Shown piece by piece: positions 35,467-46,325 of a DNA stretch of 64,000 nucleotides; the stretch's first letter is position 1; each line of letters opens with the position of its first letter. The notes below the pieces were generated by a model. The model saw only the letters and a list, made by a program, of their open reading frames with translations, made no database searches and was not told the origin of the DNA. A program made the position numbers and the translations under genes. Origin of the DNA: Oculina patagonica (lineage: Eukaryota); the NCBI RefSeq assembly GCF_052425735.1, contig NC_135762.1, forward strand, positions 10,416,001-10,480,000, given 5' to 3'.

Positions 35467-38400
35467 TCAAAAACAAAACTTTTTTTAAGGAGTATGAATC
35501 TCAACTGAAATTTCCAGGGGTGTGGGAAGTTCAAACTGAACAACCTTCCGTGGGGAGTATGGATATTTTCTGGTACCATACAATTACATCGATACCAGTT
35601 ACGGATTCAGAGGTGCACAAAGATAGGGGCAAAAGAGACTGTTAAGTTACAAATGGGCCTTTCCTTGATCCAATGGGGATCAATAACATAAAACTTACAG
35701 TTCCTCAAATAAGGAAGGGGGTACTTTTTGGCAAACGAGGGGGAAACCTGTCAAAGACAATTTGGTACTTTTCTCCAGCGATTTTAACTCATTGTATCAA
35801 CCACCCCATCACTCCCCAATCCACTACCTATCCAATGCTACCCCTCCAACAAATATTTTTAAATTTCTAACAAATATATCTTCCTGCCTACTGTGGAAAA
35901 TTAAATATGCACAATTCAATTCATGTTCAACTTCAAATAATCCACTCCTTATTTATAACACCCCCCCCCCCCCCCGCCTCCCCAACCCAGAGCTTCGCGA
36001 GGCCCTGCGAGTCACGTATTACTAGTAATAAAAAATGAGAATGTTTTTAGCATGCTTTACCGTTACGAGGCTAAGAAAAGCTATGACAACAATCGGTATT
36101 CATCACCTGTAGCTGAATTTTCTTACTTTGCATGCAAGTCTATGTAGGGATATGTGTGGCTAAATGCTGGGGTAAATTTGTTCTAACTAAAAATCACCAC
36201 ATAAAGTTGTTTGTTTGGTCGCTTTGGTTTGGTTTGCGCTGGCCATTTTTTGTCCCCATGTTAAAAAGAATTGTTTGGTATCGATCGAGTTATAGATGCA
36301 CCTTCTGCGCACATGCATATCTCGATAAACCCCTGATAGACGCACGCTAAGCCTGGACCAAAATTTATCATGTCGTCCGCAAATGCTACAAACCCTTTAT
36401 TGTACTTACTTACCTCTCTTACAAACTAGATGGATGGCCTTAGGCTTGCGTCTCTAGAATATAATGGCTTCTAATGTTTATTCAACAAACTTAGCAGGTT
36501 TCAAGACACTACACCGAATCTGCTAAAACAGGGCCGTACACTCCCTCAGTAACATGAAGCTGTATGCGAGATGATAATAACGTGTAATGTCAAAAATAAT
36601 TGTTGACGGTTGTTTATCTAAAACTCGGACTACATAGTGTCCTGTGTGGACACTATGTAAACACTATTGCGTGAGCTCGGCGTCTTCCTAATATGCTTCT
36701 CGTTAACAGCTAAACCGTTTTTCGTTCGAAAATTTTTAAACTAAGGTGCACTAAATTTCCATTTAATTCTTCTTTTATCTCTCAGAAAATGACTTGTTGT
36801 TCTGTGTTGTACTGTTTGATAGAAACTATAAAACAAGATTATGCGAAAATTCAGATGAAATTACCCAAAATAAATAACATCAAAAATACGATTATTTTTG
36901 TAAAGCACATAACAGCGACTTGCACACACCGACCACGAGGAAAGGCTTGTTAACGCTAACCACCTCTTAGCTCCAGTGGTAAGGTCAACCATTTATACAA
37001 AACTTACCGGTGTAAAAAGAAAAGCGATCAATGTTTGGCGTGTGGTAATTCCAAACGAGTGTTATTAATTATTGTCTTTTCACCCATGCACAAATTATAC
37101 TTACAGATTAATGTTTAGCAAAGTAATTATGACAAATTATTTCGACTTATTACAAATAAATCATATTTTAAAACTTCCTTACTCCTTAATCGTGTTTAAA
37201 TATATATTATCGCCTTTTTTATATTATTTATATATTATTATTTATTTAGCCTTGTACCCCATTTCTGACATTGAAACTCGGCAATCTAGTGAAAAACAAC
37301 AAAAGAAAAAAGGTTTAATGGCGCGACCTTGCGTGCTGTAGAAAATACAATGGAAAACGTATATTACCTCTAATGTTTCAAGTCATAAAATATACCTAGA
37401 AAGACCGCATTGCAGAGACTTGCAGCAGTAACATTCGCTTATAGAAATATGGGTGCAAAATCACAACACGTTCACGCACAAAAAATTGTAGCAGCAACAT
37501 GTTAAAGCGACACTTGGACACGAACATTATCAAAGCAAACAAGGGGACGTGCCGTTGCAACAACTTGCTTCTACTTTTCTCGCGTGTGTACGTGTTGTGA
37601 TCTCTCCCCTGCTACATGTGGGTAAGACATGTCCCTTGGACGTGTTCCTTTGTGTTTTAGGATCTTAAATCTTAATAACAAATAATACGTCAGTCGTATT
37701 TTCTGTATTTTGCTTGACGTATAATAAGGTCAATTCCAAAACAAATAACATAAAATTACAAATTTAAAGTTAGAATCTTAGTATTTTAATTTTAATTGTA
37801 ATGAATAAATGTAGTAATAGGAAAAACCCAACAAAATTTTGTTACCGACGTTCGTGAAGCTTACAGATTAAATAACATGGAATTAGTCATTCAACCAATC
37901 GATAAAGCTGTTTGACAGCTAAAGTGACAGTTCCATTAGCATTTTAATAAACATTTTTTTTTTTCTAATACTGCTGTTGATAAGTCTTTATCTACTTTTC
38001 CTGTCCATCGATTTGAGAAATAAGTATATTAAAAGGGAGAGTGTCAATAGGTGAGAAATTTGGATTGAATGAAAAAGAAGGAAATGAGATAGATCAATTA
38101 TTTTCTTTGTTACAACATAAGGTGGAAAACTGAATATAACAGTAAAGTTTTAGCTCAAACAGAGACCAGTAAAACACAAATAACATTAAAGACCGATCAA
38201 ACTGAAAAGACACAAGGAGCAATGCACAAAAACTTCATCGCCAAAACCGAACAATCAGATAGTAAGATCTCACATACAGTTACACACATAACTAGAAAAT
38301 GCCCACCGCAAATGCACCAGCAAACGTTTTACTTAAGGCTACCCTTACCGTAGGTCAGTTAATCCATTTACGATTTTCTTTACCTCCACTTTGGTGAAAA

Positions 38401-39529
38401 ATTGTTAACTATTTCTGCACTACAATAGATATCTGTATCTCTCGTGTTTCCAAGGAAAAAACACGCAAACTACGGTGAGAACATACGGACAAACGCATGT
38501 TAGAAAAAAAAATATAGAGACCTTTTACTTGACATTTGCTAATATTATTTTTCTTTTTAATAAGAACTTTCATCAGACCGGCAAATGAACTTATTAAACG
38601 TAGTTGTTCCCAGTATTCTTAATATTCATTTGCATCACTTTTTCATTTTATTTTTTCATTACATTTATTTATTCCATTCCAAAATTACAAAGATAGATAT
38701 TAAATAGATTTAGCCAAGCGGAGCCCCTCGGTTAATTACTTCGCCCTTTTCGAAAATCGAAATTTACTGACCGATAACAGAAAAGAAAATATAACATTTG
38801 CGCCAGCGATCCAATGTAAACCATCACTTGGTCTGCGGTAAACTTCAAAAAAACATTCGACCTCGATGAGTTCCATATGTGAGCCCGCGTTATGGTCATG
38901 TGATAATGGTCAGTGGATTCCTTGTTTTGACAGCTGTCAATTGACCATGACATAAATGTCCGTATAGATAAAGGAAGGTCGTTCCAATAGTAACATCCAA
39001 TAACAGTACGACAATTTACCTTATATTTATTCTGGAGAAACCGGGATTTAAGTGTTTTAGGGATGCACTTCGAGTAGCGTAGTTATGTAGCTCAGATACC
39101 AGAGTAAAGGTGCAATTCGACGGTTTTTCATCAATTAAGTGGTCATATAATAGCTGACAGGTATATAATTTAGCAATATCAGAAAGCTTAATTTATGCAT
39201 CGCTATCACATCTTTCATTTTGGAGAAAATATATAATTCATTGCCGGACACCACGCAAAGGCAGAAAAATTTCCATTAAGCGGGAACATTTCTATGCCAA
39301 GCACCTCCCTCAGCGATAGACACATCTTTACTGGGAACAAGGTTTGACGCCGGCGCCGCCTAGGGCGAACGCCTCCTTCAGGTCTGAAAAGTTAATAAAA
39401 TTGAAGAAAATGGCTAGAGGTCTGGGTTTAACATAAGATCAAAATTTCTTACTGTAACTTTTAAGTTACTACACTTGAAATAAACAAAGAATCGACGCAG
39501 GTAACAATTTAAAACCCTGCTTATGGAAA

Positions 39530-39810
39530 TTAATAATAATAATAATAATAATTACAATTTTGTTGTGCGCAAATTCCATATATAAATTTTCAAATGCGCA
39601 TTAAAAAAAATGAATGTTACACGTAGATTTTAAAATTATATTTTAAAAAATAAATTTTTTAAAAAAATTTATTTTTTAATTAAAAATTATAAAAATAAAA
39701 TTAATATTTATTATAAAATTAAAATATAATTTTATAAAATTTTTTTTTTTTTTTTTTTAAAAAAAAAAATATTTAAAAAAAAATTTTTTTTTAATTTTAA
39801 ATTATAATTG
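39530..39810. repeat. (AAT)n, L2-like tail and near-pure A/T low-complexity tract
   Basis: Direct reading; 39630-39808 has essentially no G or C. Confidence 0.8.
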
Positions 39811-39910
39811 AACTTATTATTATACCCGTTAAGGTGCTGATCGATGTACAATCAACCTTTTAATATTAGTAGCACGTCGTCTGTTTTAATGTCACTAGTT
39901 CAAGATTTGT

Positions 39911-40915
39911 TCAAGGCTTATTTTCTTGGCGTGGTGACACTTTTTTCGCTTTACAACATGAACGGCGTATTGAGAACGCAAAAGCGCACAGCTGAGGTAG
40001 GGCTTGGCGAAAATTAGAACTAAATGCAAATAAAATTACAGGATTAATTGCTGTGCTAAACGATGGCAACAAATAAAAAGCAAAACCAAAAATCAACTTG
40101 CATCTGTCTTTGAGAAAAAGACCAGGGGAGGCGATTTTGAGGAACAAATAAACGCAATAGAAAGAGTAAGAAATGAAATACGCTATAACGATAGACTTAA
40201 AAATCTTCATGACGTTTTTGCTCTGATTTGTTCTGTTTTGTTCAGAGTTATGTTGTTTTGGCCTTTTGCTTAGAACGCGCATAACACAGGAATAAAGAAT
40301 GATAATATTGATTAATGGTATAACTTCAAATAATGCTAAGCCTACGATGTAGTAGACGGTGCGCGCAAAGCTATTCCAAGAAAATCTGCAGAACGTCTCT
40401 TGACCAACTTCTTCCACGCTGAAGTAAAGAAACATTGGGATGCAATAGAATATGGATAACAACCATGTGGCAAACAGTAAGGCGGCTCGTAGTTTTCGTG
40501 TAATCAGCTTCGCTTTCAAGGGAAATACAGTAGCGATGAACCTGTCCACAGCGATCAACACCAGGCTTAGAATGGACACTATTGCCGATACCATTTTGAA
40601 ATATACTCCCACTTTGCAGCTGATGGTTGCCAGAGGACCTTGGAGTAGACTTCCACTGCTTGTAATGATCTCATCAGTAAGGTACAATGGCCATGTGGTA
40701 AGACAAGAAAAAAAATCAGAAACCGCCATGTTGACATAATAGTAGTTGGTGCTTGTTCTAAGGCTTGGCGTTTTATACACTGAGAAAATCACCAGAATGT
40801 TTCCCATGAACGCTGCTGAGCTGATAAAAGCCATGGCCGTTGTGAAAAATACAGAAACACCGAATCGGCAAGAAGCTTGATCATCACCTAAACTGATGTG
40901 GGTGGAATTGTTCAT
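39911..40915 (-). CDS. Class A orphan GPCR, cluster copy 6 (likely start MNNSTH at 40915, upstream in-frame ORF start at 40951; C-tail shortened)
   Basis: 7TM ORF with the family motifs; acceptor ...tttacag| at ~41004. Confidence 0.92.
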   Translation of the reverse strand: MNNSTHISLGDDQASCRFGVSVFFTTAMAFISSAAFMGNILVIFSVYKTPSLRTSTNYYYVNMAVSDFFSCLTTWPLYLTDEIITSSGSLLQGPLATISCKVGVYFKMVSAIVSILSLVLIAVDRFIATVFPLKAKLITRKLRAALLFATWLLSIFYCIPMFLYFSVEEVGQETFCRFSWNSFARTVYYIVGLALFEVIPLINIIILYSCVMRVLSKRPKQHNSEQNRTNQSKNVMKIFKSIVIAYFISYSFYCVYLFLKIASPGLFLKDRCKLIFGFAFYLLPSFSTAINPVILFAFSSNFRQALPQLCAFAFSIRRSCCKAKKVSPRQENKP

Positions 40916-41616
40916 GGCGATGGTTTGTGTTTGGCTTTTGCAGTCATGCAACTGTTCATTGACAAGAGTTTCCAGAAGTGAATGTCTTTCAGAATTTCTT
41001 TACCTGTAAATGTATTATAAATAGAACATGTCATTGAGAAAGACAAATAAAAGATAAGACATACAGTCGTGCCGCAAGAGCGTATTGTCATGTTTTATAA
41101 ATTACTTTGAAGTTGCATACGTGATAAGAATTTAAATGTGAAAATAAGGATGTTTATGTGGAATGTTTATTCAGGCAAAAAATGATTAGCAGATTATTTG
41201 ATTTAAATGGGATAATAGTTGCTGACTGCAGCTGCAAACATGAAACAACAAATATTACCTCGATTCTAAGGTAATTGTGAACAGCCCTAATCTAGTAGCT
41301 GTGTTCTGCTAAACTTTAAAATAAGTAAGTAAAATAACGTATATCAAATAAGAATTTTATAGCTCTACAATAGTGGTTTCTATTATCTTCTCAGCGTCTA
41401 ACTTGTATTTAACTGTTTCTAGTTTGAAATGGGCAGAGTGAATTTTGATACAAAGTTTTGCGATATTCCATGAATTTCTAAATTAGGTAAGAGATAACAA
41501 CAGAAAACATCACATGTTAGAAATTAGCGATTTACATTAACACTTTCTTTTTCATGGTAGTAGGCGACACGTAATATCGTCTAATCTTACTAAAATCGCC
41601 ATCAGAGTGAAAGAAA

Positions 41617-41775
41617 CTCATCTTCAATCAACCTTCAATGGGTGATTTTACCCCGTATATATTAATACTCTGAGATTATATTTAATTTGTATTCACGACC
41701 ACCATTTCTCATGAAAATTCGTGAAGTAAGCAAACAGATCAACATCCAGCGGATCTATTTGTTTTTTGACAGCTC
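41617..41775 (-). promoter_or_regulatory. Paralogous first-exon/promoter module upstream of GPCR copy 6 (donor reads ATGAG, apparently mutated)
   Basis: Homology to 23187-23335 and 46173-46325 (aatcaacc.tcaatg ... aacatccag ... ttgacagct). Confidence 0.45.
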
Positions 41776-43365
41776 AGTATAGCTAGTGGGAGTAAGATCA
41801 CGTAGGTCAAGCACGAACACGTTTCAAGCCCTGGGCTCATGAAATTGAAACTTCGTAAGTGACTTTGAATGGACTTTTAACTGAGGGAGCCTAATTATGG
41901 AGGGAAAACAAAAGGGAGGGGAACCTTTTTAAAATGAACTGAAAACAATGTTGGAGAAGATACTGGACGACTGGTGCTCTTATTAAATGTTTTAATTTGC
42001 GCTGTACAATTAGTTGTCCATATCTTAATTTCCGTTATTGTTTTCGTTCGAATATCGTTCGCGGGTTGCAATTGGCATTTACAGTATTTATTAAACTAGA
42101 GTTAAAAATAAATACTTTTTTCTAAGGATAAAGTTAAATACAGAAAATCATCAAATTAATTCAATACCATATAAGAGTAAGATTGGCTTAATATAAATAT
42201 TTCTTAACTGGTCGTTGTGTTCCGTTTTCATTTTGTAGTCGGCCATGATGATCACAGCAAAACTCTTTATTTGACTTACCTATTTGGTTTCGACTTGATT
42301 TTAGTTTGCTTCTTAAAATTTGATATGTTTCAGTCAACGAACATGCAGCTGGATATTTGGGACAAAATGTTCCGGTGGGATAACTTTTGCTCACTGAAAC
42401 TGCGGAAACGAAAGAGCGAAGAATATGTTTATCAGGGTAAACGTGATTTGAAGGAGGTTTTAATTAAATGTCCTAGTTAAATATAATAAGGTACCCAGCA
42501 TGACTTTCGTGACTGAACAAAAGAGAGTTTATGTAAACTGCGACGACGTCACGGCAAAAAGAATGCCAAAAATGAACAGGATAAATAATCAGTACAACCA
42601 AGCTCTGCACGTGCGTTAGTTCATTTCAATTTGTAGCCGTCATGAGCAAAACCGCAACGTGACATGACTACATTTTCCTTGTTCCGAAGAGTTAACTACG
42701 TCAGTGAATCATCAATATTTTATTTGGAATTAAAAGCTGTCTATATTATACATTTAGCTGAGGACACTTCTGACACCAACAGCTAAACACATAGATGTAG
42801 TTCTCGGCATCGCCGTCGTGGTTGCGCAAATTCGCTTATATTGTTATTCTATGCGTCGTCGCGTGGACTGTCTTCTCGCTGTCTTAGCTTGTGTCTTTCT
42901 GTTCCAGTCAAGTTTAAAATTCTATTAACAAGGACAAATAAGTTGTTCTATGAACTGTTCTTTCACTCAAGAGCATTCATTTTCTTAATTGAATACCATG
43001 TAAAACAAGGAACATTGGAGGGTACTAATAGCTGATTTTTGGTTAAATGAATAAAATAAAGAGTACTATCGTGAGAACTTTCTTTCTGATGCGTTCCTCG
43101 CCGAGACAGTGGCTTGGAGATTGCTTATCTTAGAAAATATAACGATCTGGACTTAGTTAAACGCATTAACCTTGACTATAATTAACTTAGGTTAGTTATC
43201 AATGCACAATTGTACCCCCTGTATTGCTTAAAAGGTTATATTGTGACAAATTAAAAAATTCGTTAAGTGAAAAGAAATCAACATGCAGTCAGTCAATCAA
43301 TCTATTTGAAAACTATTCGCTAATGCGATTTGCCATGTTTTATGCCCGTGTGCCATATAGTATTT

Positions 43366-43545
43366 AAAGCCTGGTTTTCACTAGCAACGCAAGCACAAGC
43401 GCAAGCGCGAGCAAAATAGCTCTTTTTTCACCGTGAAAACGGCTTCGACGCAACCATAAGCACAAGCGCAAGCACAAGCACAGGGATTTTCTTTTTTTTA
43501 TTTCTTGTGCTTGCGCTTGTACTTGCGTTCGTGTGAAAACGAAAC
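43366..43545. repeat. (GCACAA/GCGCAA)n inverted-repeat element
   Basis: gcaagcacaagcgcaagc arms face cttgtgcttgcgcttgt, bounded by gttttcac / gtgaaaac. Confidence 0.6.
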
Positions 43546-43773
43546 ACCGAATAAACACAAGAAACTTGTTTACGTCTAGCTAAGTCTAGCCAATTAAAGC
43601 ACTCATTCCAGATTTCTTCGCGACTGCGAAAAGCGTAAATCAATGCCGTCAGGAAACCACGCACAACAATTTTATTATGGGGAGTTCAAGTCACTTCACT
43701 GCAGTAAGTTACTTCAAAGCAAGAGACAAAAATCTGGACAAAAAGCTGAACATTTTATTAATTTCATATTATT

Positions 43774-44838
43774 TTAACACTGCGTCTGCTTAAATGTCGC
43801 TAGCTCTAGTGCGGACACATTTCCTTGGCGCCGTGGTCTGGTTTCCGCTTTGCGGCAAGAACGGATCTCTGTAAACGCAAAATGACACATCTTAGGCAGA
43901 GCTTGGCGAAAATTAGTGCTAAAGGTAAATAAAATGACGGGATTGATTGCAGTACTGAGCGAGGGTAACACAAAATAAGCAAAACCTAAAATCAACTTGC
44001 ACCTGTCTTTGATAAAAAGATTCGGTGAAATGATTTTCAGAATCAAATAAACACAAAATAGAACAAACGAGATGAAAAATACTACAACTATCGCTTTAAA
44101 TATCTTCATAATGTTTTGGTTCTGCTGATTCCTGTTTTGATAAGTCTTACCAAAACCTGTATTGCTTTCTGGACTTAGTCGTCCTTTCAATACGCGCATA
44201 ATACGAGAATAAAGAATGATGATCACTATGAATGGTATGATTTCGAACACGGCCAGGCCTGTGATGTAGTATATCATAAGGGCAAAGCCATTCCACACAA
44301 ATTTACAGAATGTTTCCTGACCAACTTTTTCCGCTTTGAAATAGTAGAACATGGGGAAACAATACGCTATTGATATCAACCAGGTTGTAAATAGTAAAGC
44401 CGCTCTTATTTTTCGTGTAATAAGCTTCGCTTTCAAGGGAAATACAGTAGCGATGAATCTGTCCACAGCGATCAACAACAGGCTTAGAATGGATACAATG
44501 ATCGATACCGTTCTAAAAAACACTCCAACTTTACACGCAACAGTTGCCAGAGGACCTTGGAGTAGACTTCCTCTTTTCGTTATAATCTCGTTGCCAAGGT
44601 AAAGTGGCCAGGTGGTGAGGCTAGCAAGAAAATCAGAAACCGCCATGTTGACATAGTAGTAGTTGGTGCTTGTTCTAAGGCTTGGAGTTTTGTACACTGT
44701 GACAATCACCAGAATGTTTCCAATAAAAGCGGCTAGGCTGATTATAGCCATGGCCGTTGTGAAGAATATTGAAACACCAAACGGACACGAAGCTTTATCG
44801 TCGAAACTTTTGTCAGTGGAGTTGTTCATGGTCATCAT
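43774..44838 (-). CDS. Class A orphan GPCR, cluster copy 7
   Basis: 354-aa 7TM ORF with the family motifs; acceptor ttttgacag| at ~44878. Confidence 0.94.
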   Translation of the reverse strand: MMTMNNSTDKSFDDKASCPFGVSIFFTTAMAIISLAAFIGNILVIVTVYKTPSLRTSTNYYYVNMAVSDFLASLTTWPLYLGNEIITKRGSLLQGPLATVACKVGVFFRTVSIIVSILSLLLIAVDRFIATVFPLKAKLITRKIRAALLFTTWLISIAYCFPMFYYFKAEKVGQETFCKFVWNGFALMIYYITGLAVFEIIPFIVIIILYSRIMRVLKGRLSPESNTGFGKTYQNRNQQNQNIMKIFKAIVVVFFISFVLFCVYLILKIISPNLFIKDRCKLILGFAYFVLPSLSTAINPVILFTFSTNFRQALPKMCHFAFTEIRSCRKAETRPRRQGNVSALELATFKQTQC

Positions 44839-46172
44839 TTGTGTTTGGCTTTTGCAGTCTAATGTTCACTTCTTTACCTGTCAAAACATTTAGCATAGAA
44901 ATTAATTGTCACTGAAAAACAAGGAAACATTTTGAGACTTTAAAAGTAAAGCAACAGTCCGTATCACATGCCGGCTTCAGATTTGCCTCGTAGATGGTTC
45001 TTAATTGCTGGGTTTTACTGTCACGCCACGAAAAAGTAAAACTATAAAAGCAATGAGTTTTAAAAGTTATAGAATATTTAAGCTACTTGTCCCAGTTTTA
45101 AGTCTGTGCGGCATTCCGTTTTCAGGTTACCTGTCAAAATGTCCCACACCAACTTTTGAGTTCAGTATGAAAACGCCATTTTTAAAACACACATCACAGC
45201 CTTTTGGCTGCAATCTCGATATCGTATGGCTTGAAAACTCCGAAATTCAAAATGATTTACTTTAAAAGACGAAGGATAATTTTAAGCCGAAACTCTTCAA
45301 CAAGCCATATGTTAGTCAAATAATAGTCGAAAAAATAATAACTCAGACTCTAAGAAGTTTGATGACGACCCGTGAAAACAAAGAATTACGTGACAAGCAT
45401 TTTAAAATGCAATCACAGCGAATTTATTTTCTTACCTTTTGCGTCGTACTGACGAAAACTCGCGTACGCGCGTGATGTAAACAAAAATTCTTTCTTTGGT
45501 GATGACGCATTGGGAAAATGTAAACTGATCTCTTTTTAATTTCGATCTGGTTGGGACTTGTGGCTTTATTTGTTAAAGGAACATAAAAAAAAATAGAATG
45601 GTATAAAGAGATAGCAAAGTGATCTTTGAGAAGTCAAAGACACCCCTTTTAGTATAATACAACACGTTGGTTAGAGAACTCGTGATCTACCCCTAAATTA
45701 AATAGGTCTATTATCAAGCTGGTGAACGTTTTTATAAGTACACTGACATATCGGCAGACACGAATTTCGCAATTGAACAATAGTGCGTGACCTCTATCGG
45801 CGCTTTCGTGCGGACGGTCATCTCTACGTACCCCTTTTATTGTACAACCGATATCCAACCGTTTGTACTAGCTTAAAATGCTATTATCCTGTGCAAGATA
45901 AATTTTGTGATAGATTATTCAGTTTTTTTCTCTCTAGGCTATCGATATTTCTTGGTTATCTGAATTCAATATGACATAAAAACGAGAAACATTATATGTT
46001 AGTAACCAGCGAAATTTTAAAATGCGAGTAAATGTGAATACGTTATGTGCACTGGCAATAATATTAAAAACGTGAACGTTTTCCTAGTCATCGTAGTGTA
46101 CGGACTACACATAATTTAGCGGGCATACATTTTCTTGTGTAAAAGAGAGCCCTATCGTGATAGCTACAGGAA

Positions 46173-46325
46173 CTCACCTTGAATCAACCATCAATGGAGA
46201 ATTTCCCCTCGATACAATTATTCAACGTTATCACGATCTGTCTTTTCATCAAAACTCATTATGAAAATAAGACAATATATAAGGTCATATTAACATTCAG
46301 TCAATCAATTTATTTGACAGTTTTA
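46173..46325 (-). promoter_or_regulatory. Putative non-coding first exon and promoter module of GPCR copy 7
   Basis: Donor aag|gtgag at 46177-46173; gaatcaaccatcaatggagaatt and taacattcagtcaatcaatttatttgacag match the 23.2-kb module. Confidence 0.55.

Larger units (their letters stand above)
29790..36025 (+). mobile_element. 5'-truncated Helitron-like rolling-circle transposon
   Basis: RepHel ORF plus a candidate 3' end: GC-rich imperfect hairpin tcgcgaggccctgcga (35995-36010), 11-nt spacer, CTAG (36022-36025), then T. Confidence 0.72.

Noticed and set aside
5029-44838. Opsin identity of the GPCR cluster
   Set aside because: The retinal-binding Lys (six residues before the TM7 NP) is absent; that position is Ser or Leu.
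5696-44893. Recurrent plus-strand ORFs (MNLSTAI.TRLRMDT...) at 5696, 16942, 20687, 40452, 44351 and similar
   Set aside because: They are antisense shadows of the conserved GPCR TM2-TM4 coding sequence, with variable ends and no independent support.
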